Numbered from the stretch's first letter, positions 1 to 9,769 are shown. The stretch is DNA of 64,000 nt from Minisyncoccia bacterium (GCA_046598345.1 JBKJIT010000003.1:156549-220548); one strand, 5' to 3'. Notes: a model not told the origin generated them from the letters alone. Program-made: numbers and translations.

Positions 1-1350
1 GGTGCGCAGATTCCAAAGGGAGTAATGATGATGGGTGCGCCCGGTACGGGAAAGACACTCCTCGCACGTGCCGTTGCCGGTGAAGCTGGAGTACCGTTCC
101 TCACGATTTCAGGAAGTGAATTCGTTGAGATGTTTGTGGGGGTGGGTGCGAGTCGTGTACGCGATCTTTTCCAAATGGCGAAGAAAGCTGCGCCCTCCAT
201 TATCTTTGTGGACGAAATTGATGCGGTTGGACGAGTACGAGGTACTGGTGTTGGGGGAGGAAACGATGAACGCGAACAAACGCTTAACCAGATTCTCGTT
301 GAAATGGATGGATTTGAACCCAATGAAAAGGTAGTGGTGATCGCTGCGACGAATCGTCCTGATGTACTTGACCCAGCACTCTTACGCCCCGGTCGTTTTG
401 ACCGTCGTGTAACGATTGATCTTCCTGACCGTGAAGACCGAAAGGCAATTCTTGAAGTCCATGCGCGCAAGAAGCCATTCCAGGAAGATATCAATCTCGA
501 TGTGATCGCCCAACGAACACCAGGTTTCTCAGGAGCCGATCTGTATTCACTCATGAATGAAGGAGCTATTCTTGCAGCTCGTGAAGAGCGTAAAAAGATC
601 GGTCAGTTCGATCTCGTCCGCTCTATTGAAAAGGTGATGCTGGGGCCGGAACGAAAGAGTCACGTACTCAGTCGTCGTGAACGAGAAATTACTGCCTACC
701 ATGAGGCTGGACATGCACTCGTAGCATCAGTCCTTCCGTATGCTGATCCTGTCCAGAAGATTTCAATTATTTCTCGTGGTCGAGCTGCTGGGTATACGCT
801 CAAGCTTCCCGACGAAGATAGGCGCATGCAGTCAAAAAAAGAATTTCTTGATGATATTGCAATGACATTGGGAGGCTACATGACCGAGAAACTCATTTTC
901 GATGATCTTACGACGGGTCCATCAAACGATCTTCAGGTTATCGGTAACCTTGCGCGCGATATGGTTACAAAGTACGGCATGAGCGACAAGCTTGGGCCAA
1001 TTGCACTTGAAGGTACGGGCGGACGAATTTTAGGCGGAGGTATGAGTGAAGATCGTGGATTTTCGCACGAGATTGCAAAGCAGATTGACGACGAAGTTGC
1101 TGCAATAATCGAACAAGGAAAACACCGAGCATTGGAAATTCTCACAAAAAATCGTGGCGCGCTCGACGCGGTTGCGAAGCGTCTACTTGAAGTTGAAACA
1201 CTCGAACGTGAAGAGTACGAGGCAATCCTAAAGACTGAAGGTGTGCAGATAAACGATGCGTATAAAGACATGCGTGAAAAGGCTGAGCGAATGGGGGATC
1301 CAACGAAGACACTGGAACCAGATACGGACGTCCTCGCTGGGAAGCTGTAA
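1..1350 (+). CDS. ftsH: ATP-dependent zinc metalloprotease FtsH, C-terminal part (5' end lies outside window)
   Basis: ORF 25..1350 reads [18 protein letters not shown] (Walker A), FVDEIDAV (Walker B), the AAA second region of homology and the HEAGHA zinc motif of the M41 peptidase; the reading frame stays open back to window position 1. Confidence 0.9.
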   Translation, partial: GAQIPKGVMMMGAPGTGKTLLARAVAGEAGVPFLTISGSEFVEMFVGVGASRVRDLFQMAKKAAPSIIFVDEIDAVGRVRGTGVGGGNDEREQTLNQILVEMDGFEPNEKVVVIAATNRPDVLDPALLRPGRFDRRVTIDLPDREDRKAILEVHARKKPFQEDINLDVIAQRTPGFSGADLYSLMNEGAILAAREERKKIGQFDLVRSIEKVMLGPERKSHVLSRREREITAYHEAGHALVASVLPYADPVQKISIISRGRAAGYTLKLPDEDRRMQSKKEFLDDIAMTLGGYMTEKLIFDDLTTGPSNDLQVIGNLARDMVTKYGMSDKLGPIALEGTGGRILGGGMSEDRGFSHEIAKQIDDEVAAIIEQGKHRALEILTKNRGALDAVAKRLLEVETLEREEYEAILKTEGVQINDAYKDMREKAERMGDPTKTLEPDTDVLAGKL

Positions 1351-1370
1351 ATAAATAGACAAAGAAAAAA

Positions 1371-1394
1371 CGGGTCGCGTGAGCGACCCGTTTT
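1371..1394 (+). terminator. rho-independent terminator after ftsH (cgggtcgc-gtga-gcgacccg followed by tttt)
   Basis: GC-rich 8-bp stem hairpin followed by a T run, 20 nt after the ftsH stop codon. Confidence 0.6.
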
Positions 1395-1401
1395 ACTCAT
1401 T

Positions 1402-1857
1402 TCAACTCTTGAGAGTCCATGCCGCTGGGTGTATGAGGAGTGACCAAAATGCGTGTCTGTACACTTGCACAAACTTTTTGAAGTCACCCCGCCGCCAGTT
1501 TTTGCGGTATTCCCAATTGCGCTTCAGCGCTCGGAGAAGCAGAAGTGGAACGGAGCGTGTCTCGAGGGGTTGTTGGTCTCTTCTACTGCAGAAGAGACCA
1601 AACCCTACTACTTTATTCTGGCGATGAGCATCGACGTGAAGTGCTACTGAGAATGGTGAATATTTTTCGCAGTACGATACATCTCGTAGCACAACCATTA
1701 TCTGATGCAATGCTGGTAAGTAGTACGCAGCCGGCCTGAATGAGCGAAAATTCTCTCGCATGAAGGCAGAAAGTAAGGTAGAGTTTGATTCTTCACTTCG
1801 ATCCATTGCAATCTCCTTGTGATGAGGAACATCTAAAAATATATTGTACCACACCAC
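1402..1857 (-). CDS. hypothetical protein (151 aa), doubtful
   Basis: longest ORF in this stretch; no recognisable motif; other-frame ORFs overlap it; the region may instead be non-coding. Confidence 0.2.
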   Translation of the reverse strand: MVWYNIFLDVPHHKEIAMDRSEESNSTLLSAFMRENFRSFRPAAYYLPALHQIMVVLRDVSYCEKYSPFSVALHVDAHRQNKVVGFGLFCSRRDQQPLETRSVPLLLLRALKRNWEYRKNWRRGDFKKFVQVYRHAFWSLLIHPAAWTLKS

Positions 1858-1865
1858 GAACGAAC

Positions 1866-2175
1866 GTATCGCTCCGCTTCGTACATGTCGTGTCAGGTTG
1901 CTAATTCACTACGTTCACTTCGCTTCGGACATTGTCGTCACGAGTTACTAAGTTGAATTTCAGCTTCGCTCAAATTCTACTAAGTACTCGCGACCCCACC
2001 TCACTCACTTTGTTTCCTTATGGTCAACAAAGTATCGTTCCGGTTCGGACATAATCAGTCGTCACTGATTGCTAAGTATAATTATCGCTTTGCTCAAATT
2101 ATTCTAAGCATCATCGACCCCAGCTCGCTGGTTCGCTGCTCAAGGTATAGCAGCTCACATCGCTCCGCTTCGGAC
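1866..2175. repeat. degenerate tandem repeats of about 120 bp (family B), next to tRNA-Ile
   Basis: units begin at 1870, 1921, 2038 and 2161 with CG(C/T)TCCG(C/G)TTCGGACA, which resembles the complement of the adjacent tRNA 3' end GTCCGCCCGCTTGGAC; units share GTCGTCAC, TT(G/A)CTAAGT, GCTCAAATT.T.CTAAG and CGACCCCA(C/G)CTC; homologous stretches recur at 34141-34200 and, inverted, at 35570-35625. Confidence 0.6.
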
Positions 2176-2217
2176 ACATACTAAAAAACCTGACACAAAG
2201 TCAGGTTTTTTAGTATG
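2176..2217. terminator. perfect 19-bp-arm palindrome (acatactaaaaaacctgac / gtcaggttttttagtatgt), probable bidirectional terminator just 3' of the minus-strand tRNA-Ile
   Basis: inverted repeat read directly; T runs on both strands. Confidence 0.6.
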
Positions 2218-2219
2218 TG

Positions 2220-2292
2220 TCCGCCCGCTTGGACTTGAACCAAGGACCACCGAGGTATAAGCTCGGCGCTCTACCAACTGAGCTACAGGCGG
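2220..2292 (-). tRNA. tRNA-Ile with anticodon UAU (decodes AUA)
   Basis: the reverse complement folds as a canonical 73-nt cloverleaf: acceptor CCGCCTG/CGGGCGG with U6-G67, D-arm GCTC-AGTTGGTA-GAGC, anticodon stem CCGAG/CTCGG, loop CTTATAC (U33, A37), T-arm CTTGG-TTCAAGT-CCAAG, discriminator A; CCA is not encoded. Confidence 0.75.
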
Positions 2293-3582
2293 AAGTGAGG
2301 GGGGGCGCGCAAGCTTGCTTGCAGGTTCCCCGAATGCACCGCATGAAAGATTTCTCTTACAGCGGAAGTGAGAAAGATAGTAAAAAAGAAGAGTTCACTA
2401 TTCTTTTTTTATTAGCCTTTCGAACGGGCCGCCTGTATGGAATTTTTCAAAATTCCATACAGGCGGCAAGAAACTCTGTATACGTCGCTGTCATTCAGCC
2501 GGCAAACAAGGGTTTCTTGCTCCAAAACTATAGCGCATAGCCCTTGTCAAAACAATCGACAAAGAGAAAGGGTCGACGTTGAATGCACGCCGACCCTGTA
2601 TTTCATGACGCGCTTGCGTCACTCTGCTGCGCTTACCTCCTTTCCGCGCGAGTAAGTACAGAAAGCATAGGAAACTTCATTGCAAAAGTCAAAGAGTGTT
2701 CATGCTCACAATATAAAATGGAAGGACCGGTACACACATGTGTTCCGGTCCGTGGGTGATTTATGTTTCCAGCGTTGACGGGGCTGCTCCCGAGATTTTG
2801 ACCACCTCCTCTCGCATGAACTACTGTGAGCATAAAGCCACTTCACTCCTAAGTCAAATCCCATTGTGGAAAAATGAAAAGGCCGACACAAATTTGCATT
2901 TGCGTCGGCCCGCCGCTGTTTCCGGCTATTATACCTCTGAGAACTAACCCTTGACCGGAGGCCGCGAGCGACTAGTCGCTTGGCCTCCGGGTACTACTGG
3001 CGTCGAGCTGTGACTTGAGCGAGCTTTGGCGAGAGTAGTCTAAGCTTTCCTGCCAGACCGGGTTTGCACAGCGCAACTCGGTCCTTTTTACAAATCGGTA
3101 CAGATCGTCGGTCCTATTCGTCCGACTCACGCGCGGTCGTTGGTGTATCAAGCGCGTGCCTAACATAAGCTACGGCCAGACCATACAGCCTCCTTTCGGC
3201 TTCGCGAGGGTGAATATAATTGACCCAACGACGTCAGGTCAAGAGCGCTGGGCTGGCGGATCGCAACAGCATGCTGCTATTGCGATCGTGCCCGGGCCGC
3301 CGGCGAATCAATCCAGGTATGCACTCATCGACGTTTTGATCGTCAAGTAGCGTCTCCTTTCTTTAAAATGTGATGAACAATGTCCAAAGCGGTGTTTTGA
3401 CCCGCTCGACTTCAGTATCATAGCACACCCTCAAATATTGTCAAGTATTAAAATCTATTCTGTAATATGAAGGAAGTGTGAAATCCTAATTTTGGCTTGA
3501 AATAATGCTCTTTTAGCTAAAAAAAGACCCCAGCCGTACGGCTGGGGTCAAGGGGGTCTTGCGTGTTTTAGGTTGCGCCGGG

Positions 3583-3942
3583 TTACTTCTTCGGCGCGGC
3601 CGGTGGGACAGGAGCGGGTGCAGGCGCTGGAGCCGGCTTTGCAGCTGCGGGAGCTGCCGGTGCAGGTGCCATCGCTTTGGGTGCATCCTTGGCCGGAGCT
3701 GACTTCTTCGCCTTCTTCGACTTCTTCGCTTTCGCCTTCATGGCCTTCGCTGGCGCTTTTGCGGTCGCGGGTACCGCTGCCGGTGCAGGTGCCACAACTT
3801 TCGCTGGTGCCGCGGCGGCCGAAGGTGCTGCTGCCGGTGCAGGTGCCACAACTTTCGCTGGTGCCGCCGTTTGCGCCATGGCCGAGCTCAACATACTTGC
3901 GGTCGCCAGAGCGGCCGTAAGGTACAACAGGGACTTCTTCAT
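3583..3942 (-). CDS. secreted low-complexity Ala/Pro/Lys-rich protein (signal peptide plus APAKVVAPAPAA repeats and a lysine-rich tail)
   Basis: ATG at 3942 is preceded by AGGAGG; N-terminal MKKSLLYLTAALATASMLSSAMA looks like a signal peptide; the ORF track's longer form starts at an upstream GTG; local GC is clearly higher than the window average. Confidence 0.55.
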   Translation of the reverse strand: MKKSLLYLTAALATASMLSSAMAQTAAPAKVVAPAPAAAPSAAAAPAKVVAPAPAAVPATAKAPAKAMKAKAKKSKKAKKSAPAKDAPKAMAPAPAAPAAAKPAPAPAPAPVPPAAPKK

Positions 3943-4134
3943 CTCAACTACCTCCTTGATTATCACTCACACGGATGTGCGAGTTGATTTCTGATTCTTA
4001 CTGTAAATATTACTTTTGTCAATCTCTTAAAAAAATCTGCATCACGTTCACATTTTTGTAATAAAACCCACTAATAAAAATTCCCTCGCGATGAAACTTG
4101 CGAGGGAATTGATCGACCGTTATGGAAACGATGA

Positions 4135-4554
4135 TCAGGAGATCTGGTACGGACCGGCTTCTGCGGTGAGGCGCTGGGGCTGCCGACTGCCGAGCGGAAC
4201 CGTCATGCCGCCGCCGATTTGCAAACGCCCACTGGTGTAGCTCGTGCTGATGAACTTGGTTTCGTCGACGTTGGTTTGCTTCGTGTGCTGCCAGCGTTCC
4301 GGAACGGTGTTCAGGTAGTCAACATTCGGCGCAATCGCCGCCTTGTTCATCTGCGCGAACGGACCGTCGGGCGCTTTTGGCGTCACGGGGTGACCAGCCT
4401 TGTTGAACGTCAGGTAGATCTGGTCTTGCCCGCTGTTGTATGCCGACATGTGACGATTGAGCTGCTGGTTACAGTCGCCCGCAATGACGGGCGTCGAGAT
4501 TGTTGCCAGTGCTGCTCCAACGACGAGTGCGATGCTGCGGAAACGCGTTCTCAT
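4135..4554 (-). CDS. secreted hypothetical protein (about 139 aa)
   Basis: internal ATG at 4554 is preceded by GGAGTCGGAG; MRTRFRSIALVVGAALATISTPVIAG looks like a signal peptide; the ORF track extends to 4656 without RBS support; GC-rich. Confidence 0.5.
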   Translation of the reverse strand: MRTRFRSIALVVGAALATISTPVIAGDCNQQLNRHMSAYNSGQDQIYLTFNKAGHPVTPKAPDGPFAQMNKAAIAPNVDYLNTVPERWQHTKQTNVDETKFISTSYTSGRLQIGGGMTVPLGSRQPQRLTAEAGPYQIS

Positions 4555-4652
4555 CTCCGACTCCTCTCTGTTGATCAAACGTGGGGTCACGTTCGATATA
4601 TTTGTTGTACACCTCATGGGTTCTTCACACAAGTACTCGAGGTGCAGAGAAC

Positions 4653-6872
4653 TCATTCCATATGGAGATCTTTGCCAAGTGTCAGAATCTTTTCGCGAAG
4701 AAGGGGATACTCCGTAAGTTCGGAGTCAGTCTCTATAAGTAATTGTGCCTCTTTTCTCGCCGCCTCTACCATCTTTATATTTTTAATCGCCTCCATGCCC
4801 AGGTCGGTGAGCCCCCACTGCTTCATGCCATAGAGTTCACCCGAGCCCCGGAGCGCAAGATCGAATTCCGCGAGCTCAAATCCGTTCTTCGCAGTCGTGA
4901 GTGCCTTGAGGCGCTCGAGGGTGCGTCCACTTTTTCCTGTGCTGTCTTTTGAAGTTACCGCAAAGCAGTACGCTTGGTGCTCACTCCGAATCACTCGCCC
5001 GCGAAGCTGGTGGAGTTGCGAGAGGCCAAATCGCTCTGCGCCTTCAATAAGAATATTAGTTGCGTTTGGCACATTGACGCCCACCTCGACAACCGATGTT
5101 GCGACTAGAATGTCGATGTTGTGTTCAAGAAACCGCTTCATCACGTCATCCTTTTCCTTCGGAGTCATTTTACTGTGGAGGATGCCAATGCGTGCAGTCT
5201 TAAACACTTCCTTTTTGAGTCGCAGAGCCTCTGCTTTTACTGACTTGAGCTGTAGCGCATTTTCTTTTAATGGGTCAGGTTCATCAATGCGCGGGCAGAT
5301 TATGTATGCCTGTCTTCCAGCTTTGATCTCGCCCTTCATATGTTCGTACACCTCAGCAATTTTAGTGGGAATCACGACTTTAGTGATGATGGGCTTTCGT
5401 CCCTTGGGCATTTCGTCGAGAAGGGAAATATCGAGGTCCCCATAGACGGTCAAGGCAAGCGTTCGAGGGATAGGAGTCGCCGTCATGGAGAGGAGGTGCG
5501 GCATACGAGTATCTTTCTTCGCGAGCGCACGCCGTTGCGAGGTCCCAAAGCGATGCTGTTCGTCGATAATGACATGCGCCAGGTGTTTGAATGCAACTGA
5601 TTTGTAGATCAGGGCATGTGTGCCGATAAGAATAGGAATTTCTCCATTCTGCACCCACTTAAGGAGCTGTGTCTTTGAGATTGTCGTTGGCTTTGAGGGA
5701 TTCGTCTTTGAAGGGAACTTCATGCAGCCGCTTCCTGTAATGAGTCCAATCTGAATTGGGAGGTGCTTAAAATATTCGATGAATGACTCGAAATGCTGTT
5801 TCGCAAGGATTTCTGTGGGTGCCATGTAGGCAACTTGGAGATTCCCGTATTCGAGAGAACCCACGGACCTCACGGAGGTCCGGCCTCCGTGAGGATTTAA
5901 ACCTTCCGGTGGCCTCGAGGTGGCGACGGCGTACGCGGTTGTGGCAGCGACCGCCGTCTTTCCGCTTCCCACATCTCCTTCGAGAAGTCGTGACATCGGA
6001 TGCTTCCCGGTGAAGTCCTTCAGCATTGCTGAAATGGCCCGCGTCTGTGCGTTCGTGAGCGGGAACGGGAAGCGAGAGGTGAATGCCTTGATGTGCTCTT
6101 CTTCAGTTTTAAATTGGTAGCTCGTCGAGACGGATATTTGGGCGCGCTCCTTTGCTTTTGCGAGCTGGATGCCAAAGACCTCTTCAAAGGCGAACCGCTT
6201 TCGTGCACTCTCTGCATGTTCCGCTTTCTTAGGAGTGTGTATCCAAATGAGCGCTGTACTAAGTACGGGTAGGTTGTATCGTTTGAGCACTTCGCTAGGT
6301 ATTGGGTCAGCGAGCTTCTCAAGGACGCCTGCACTAAAACACTTTTGCACCGTATGAAAAAACCATTTTGAGGTCACGCCCTTGGTTTCTCGGTATACGG
6401 GATAGATAGTCTCGTCTAAGTTTTCGGTGTTTTTGAAAATGGAATCGTGTCGGTCAATGGGAAGGCTTTCTAACTTTTCAATTTCAGGATTCGCGAGGTA
6501 GAGCTTTCCGTCACTCCCTGTCACTTTTCCCGCGAGCTTTACGTACGTGCCATCGGTGAGCATCTTTGCGATGTACGGTTGGTTAAACCACATGATCTTG
6601 ATTCTCGCTGTGCCATCCTCAACCCAGCCTTCTGAAATCGGTACGCGACTCTTCCACGATTTACGAGTGTTGAGCCCGCCAATTTGTCCATAGACCACCG
6701 CATCCTCTCCCTTTGTGAGTGAGCCAACAGATTGAATCGATGAAATATCCTCGTAGCGCTGCGGTACATGGAGGAGTAGATCTTGCACAGTTAAAACGCC
6801 TAAGCGTTTCAGAGCCTTTTGATGGATCTGATCAACTCTGAAATGGGAAGTAAGGAGATCGTGAGGCGACAC
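4653..6872 (-). CDS. recG: ATP-dependent DNA helicase RecG
   Basis: GDVGSGKT Walker A, DEQHRFG motif II, LSMTATPIPRTL, and an N-terminal wedge-like region beginning ...DLL..P.RYED. The track ORF runs to 7127, but that extension has no internal Met and contains the 6923-6945 hairpin; a GTG at 6872 is proposed as the start (uncertain). Confidence 0.85.
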   Translation of the reverse strand: MSPHDLLTSHFRVDQIHQKALKRLGVLTVQDLLLHVPQRYEDISSIQSVGSLTKGEDAVVYGQIGGLNTRKSWKSRVPISEGWVEDGTARIKIMWFNQPYIAKMLTDGTYVKLAGKVTGSDGKLYLANPEIEKLESLPIDRHDSIFKNTENLDETIYPVYRETKGVTSKWFFHTVQKCFSAGVLEKLADPIPSEVLKRYNLPVLSTALIWIHTPKKAEHAESARKRFAFEEVFGIQLAKAKERAQISVSTSYQFKTEEEHIKAFTSRFPFPLTNAQTRAISAMLKDFTGKHPMSRLLEGDVGSGKTAVAATTAYAVATSRPPEGLNPHGGRTSVRSVGSLEYGNLQVAYMAPTEILAKQHFESFIEYFKHLPIQIGLITGSGCMKFPSKTNPSKPTTISKTQLLKWVQNGEIPILIGTHALIYKSVAFKHLAHVIIDEQHRFGTSQRRALAKKDTRMPHLLSMTATPIPRTLALTVYGDLDISLLDEMPKGRKPIITKVVIPTKIAEVYEHMKGEIKAGRQAYIICPRIDEPDPLKENALQLKSVKAEALRLKKEVFKTARIGILHSKMTPKEKDDVMKRFLEHNIDILVATSVVEVGVNVPNATNILIEGAERFGLSQLHQLRGRVIRSEHQAYCFAVTSKDSTGKSGRTLERLKALTTAKNGFELAEFDLALRGSGELYGMKQWGLTDLGMEAIKNIKMVEAARKEAQLLIETDSELTEYPLLREKILTLGKDLHME

Positions 6873-6922
6873 GTTTCTATAGTACCAGATTGGAAGAAAT
6901 TGAAAGAATACAAAAGAAAAAG

Positions 6923-6945
6923 CCGGCGCAACGTGCGCCGGCTTC
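6923..6945. terminator. hairpin agccggcgcaacgtgcgccggct, likely terminator of the 6955..7563 gene
   Basis: 10-bp GC-rich stem directly downstream (minus sense) of the stop at 6955. Confidence 0.5.
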
Positions 6946-6954
6946 AAATCACGT

Positions 6955-7563
6955 TTACACCCGAGTCTTCCTTGCGGCAACAACGAGCTGTCCGTTCGAG
7001 AATCCGAACGTGACTTCGGTGTCAGTAGTGAGGCCACGGGCCGTGAGATGTGGTATGGGACGATATCGCTCTCCGGTGTCCAAGCGCTTGCGCAAACTGT
7101 CTTCACAGAGTTTCCGAAGCCTATCAAGTGAAGGAACTTCCCGCGCCTTTAATGATACAAAGAGGGGAGTGGCGTTCCGGGGAATGTCTTGGATCAAGAT
7201 CATTAGTCCTTCGCGGGTAATTCGATACGCTCCTTCCGCGAAGAAGTGCTCCGCGGCTGTTAGTGTGTCGGCGTATACTCTTGCCCACTCCGCTGCTTTA
7301 CGTAATGTTGACCCTGAAGGGACAGTCAGGGGTTCAACCTCAGCGCGAATCACGAGGAACCATTCAGAAGTAAATAGGCGCGTGGGGGCTTCTTGCACTT
7401 CTTCTCGTTGTTGATAGAGACTCATCGCGGGGAGAAGAACAAGAAAGAACATCACTGCTAACTTCGCAAACCCCTCTCGATCGTTACTCATGAGTGAAGC
7501 GAGGCACATTGCAAATAGCACAGAGTACCAAACCGCACTTGTTTCAGTCAGTATCTTTTTCAA
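6955..7563 (-). CDS. hypothetical membrane-anchored protein (202 aa)
   Basis: N-terminal hydrophobic segments (AVWYSVLFAMCLASL, MFFLVLLPAMSLY); no named motif recognised. Confidence 0.5.
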   Translation of the reverse strand: MKKILTETSAVWYSVLFAMCLASLMSNDREGFAKLAVMFFLVLLPAMSLYQQREEVQEAPTRLFTSEWFLVIRAEVEPLTVPSGSTLRKAAEWARVYADTLTAAEHFFAEGAYRITREGLMILIQDIPRNATPLFVSLKAREVPSLDRLRKLCEDSLRKRLDTGERYRPIPHLTARGLTTDTEVTFGFSNGQLVVAARKTRV

Positions 7564-7721
7564 GGTGCACCTCCCTTAGGGTTGTCAGTCTCGCATTACC
7601 ATACAACATTTTATGCTTACTCGAAAGAGACTGGCCGTGAAGCCGTAGGAGGTTGGTTTCTGATGAAAAGCGGGTGATTTTCTCTTAAGTTTCTTTTATA
7701 CCGTGAAAGGTGTCGTATACT

Positions 7722-8894
7722 ATGCGGATGAAAAAAAATGCTACTATAAAAAAAATTCGTAAGGACTATGGCAAGCTTTCGCTTGCACTCCATAAAAAAT
7801 TCCATGGAAAGCTCGAGGTGGTATCTAAGCATAAGCTCGTAACACGAGATGACTGGAGCCGGATGTATACACCCGGTATTGCTGCGGTTTCGAGTCATTT
7901 AGCCAAGAATCCGAAGGATGCGCGCATGTACAGCATTAAAGGAAATACTGTTGCTGTCATTAGTGATGGTTCTGCGGTATTAGGGCTGGGCAATATTGGA
8001 CCTCTGGGAGCACTTCCAGTTATGGAGGGTAAGTGTGCGATTTTAAAAGAGATGGCAGGGGTAGATGCGTTTCCTCTTGTTCTCGATGTGCACGGAGTAG
8101 ATGAGATTGTCGCTGTGGTGAAAGCAATTGCACCAGGATTTGGAGGAATTAATTTGGAGGATATTGCTGCGCCGAAATGTTTTGAAATTGAAGAACGCCT
8201 GAAGAAAGAGCTTACGATTCCTATTATGCATGACGATCAGCACGGGACGGCGATCGTGGTGCTTGCTGGACTAATTAATGCGGCAAAGGTTGTGGGAAAG
8301 AAGCTCGAATCACTGAGAGTCGTGATTGTGGGAGCGGGTGCTGCAGGTCGCGCAACGGCACTTCTCTTACTCAAGGCCGGCATTACGGACGTTATTGTGC
8401 TCGACAGTAAAGGGATTATATACAAAGGTCGTACGGGTATGGTTTCCTATAAGCTCGAATTGGCGAGGATCACAAATCCCCGGAACGTGAAAGGCGAACT
8501 GCTCGAAGCCGTTCAGGGCGCGGACGCGCTCATTGGAGTCTCTGGTCCTGGAACAGTTGCAAAAATGCACGTTGAGAAGATGGCAAAGAATTCGATTGTC
8601 TTTGCGCTCGCAAATCCAATTCCAGAAATCATGCCGGAGGACGCAAAACAGGCAGGAGCACGTGTGGTAGGAACTGGACGTTCAGACTTACCAAATCAGG
8701 TTAATAATTCTCTCGTATTTCCAGGAATTTTCCGAGGCGCGCTCGACAATGGGATTAACGTTATTACTGACGAAATAAAACTCACGGCCGCCAAGAAGCT
8801 TGCGAGTCTCGTCAAGAAACCAACTGCTGAAGAAATCATTCCACACGTTATGCTCCCTGGCCTTGTGAAAGCGATTGCGAGTGTGATCAAGTAA
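7722..8894 (+). CDS. NAD(P)-dependent malic enzyme (short form)
   Basis: VISDGSAVLGLGNIGPLGALPVMEGK and VIVGAGAAGRATALLL Rossmann motifs typical of malic enzymes; ATG at 7722 lies 11 nt after GAAAGG; the track start is a GTG at 7710. Confidence 0.85.
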   Translation: MRMKKNATIKKIRKDYGKLSLALHKKFHGKLEVVSKHKLVTRDDWSRMYTPGIAAVSSHLAKNPKDARMYSIKGNTVAVISDGSAVLGLGNIGPLGALPVMEGKCAILKEMAGVDAFPLVLDVHGVDEIVAVVKAIAPGFGGINLEDIAAPKCFEIEERLKKELTIPIMHDDQHGTAIVVLAGLINAAKVVGKKLESLRVVIVGAGAAGRATALLLLKAGITDVIVLDSKGIIYKGRTGMVSYKLELARITNPRNVKGELLEAVQGADALIGVSGPGTVAKMHVEKMAKNSIVFALANPIPEIMPEDAKQAGARVVGTGRSDLPNQVNNSLVFPGIFRGALDNGINVITDEIKLTAAKKLASLVKKPTAEEIIPHVMLPGLVKAIASVIK

Positions 8895-9062
8895 AACAAT
8901 CCTGTCGTAGCATCCCCGATGCAGAGCATGTGTAGCATTGCTCGACAGGCACCAGGTTGTTTTTCTAGAAGTAGTCTGTGCTCCGCACACACACGATGCT
9001 GCGACGATTCATCCCCGCAGCAAAGCTGTCGGGGCATTCTCGTCGTTCGCTAGTAAACAATA

Positions 9063-9098
9063 AAAACACCCCGCCCACGAAGTGGACGGGGTGTTTTT
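9063..9098. terminator. bidirectional terminator aaaaacaccccgtcc-acttcg-tgggcggggtgttttt between convergent genes
   Basis: GC-rich hairpin flanked by A and T runs. Confidence 0.65.
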
Positions 9099-9108
9099 AT
9101 GAAGAGCT

Positions 9109-9642
9109 CTAGTAAAATTTTGCTTCGTACTCAAGCTTCGACATAACCCGCACTAGGCCTGTATCTTCGAAGCTTGAATGATTGTGGTAACCCCACGCCC
9201 CGTTTTCAGTAAACGTAAAACTCCACGCCCCGCCTTTTTTAATGTCTTTGCAGGAATCAAATGAGCTTCCTTTGCAGTCGCTCCTATTTTCCACCGGATA
9301 GAGACTGTGGCTCGGGTGATTGTTTGAAGCAACCCACATATCTTCACCACTAGTATTCATAAACTGTACTGTCCCACCCGTAACAATGGTCACCTCCTTT
9401 GGAATGAATGATTTGCCATCGTATACGACGAGGGCACTTTCAGGGTACACCGGCTTTGGAAGTTCGTAGACTGGGCCGTCATCTTTCCTAATAGTCTCGC
9501 TTGAAACAGCCCGTTGAATTGTTTTTTCTCCTTCCATCTCAGCAACCGCTTCCTCTGGCGCTGCAGCCATCTTGGGTTGTAAGTAATAATAGCCCCCGTA
9601 CACCGCCGCTCCTAAAACTAGGAAAAATAGTATTGCTTTCAT
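9109..9642 (-). CDS. secreted or membrane-anchored protein, cupredoxin-like by eye
   Basis: MKAILFFLVLGAAVYGGYYYL anchor; beta-rich segment EVTIVTGGTVQFMNTSGEDMWVASNNHPSHS; start taken at the internal ATG 9642 rather than the track's 9717. Confidence 0.45.
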   Translation of the reverse strand: MKAILFFLVLGAAVYGGYYYLQPKMAAAPEEAVAEMEGEKTIQRAVSSETIRKDDGPVYELPKPVYPESALVVYDGKSFIPKEVTIVTGGTVQFMNTSGEDMWVASNNHPSHSLYPVENRSDCKGSSFDSCKDIKKGGAWSFTFTENGAWGYHNHSSFEDTGLVRVMSKLEYEAKFY

Positions 9643-9769
9643 ATTTGCGATCCTACAACGAAATTTCCGTTTTGTATAGTGGCCCTGGTAGTTACCGAAA
9701 ATGATAGTTCTAAACATGCGTTTGAATCTATGCTATTCTGGGTCGCATTCTCATGTATATCTGGGATAT

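Noticed and set aside
2293-3560. RNase P RNA, tmRNA, SRP RNA or 5S rRNA in the ORF-poor region
   Set aside because: The universal RNase P P4 strands (GGAAAGTCCGGGC / ACAGAACCCGGCTTA), tmRNA tag and T-arm, the SRP AGGAAGCAGCC motif and 5S motifs could not be found on either strand by eye; only a weak P10-P12-like stretch was seen. Left as an unclassified possible ncRNA.
3677-3994. Plus-strand ORFs 3573..3920 and 3677..3994 overlapping the minus-strand Ala/Pro-rich gene
   Set aside because: These are mirror ORFs produced by the GC-rich, low-complexity repeat DNA; the minus-strand ORF has an AGGAGG-spaced ATG and a signal peptide.
6873-7127. N-terminal 85-codon extension of the recG ORF (track start at 7127)
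   Set aside because: The extension has no similarity to RecG, contains no Met after the first codon, and encloses a GC-rich terminator hairpin (6923-6945) that belongs to the upstream gene. A GTG at 6872 before the wedge-domain region is preferred, though a non-ATG start remains uncertain.
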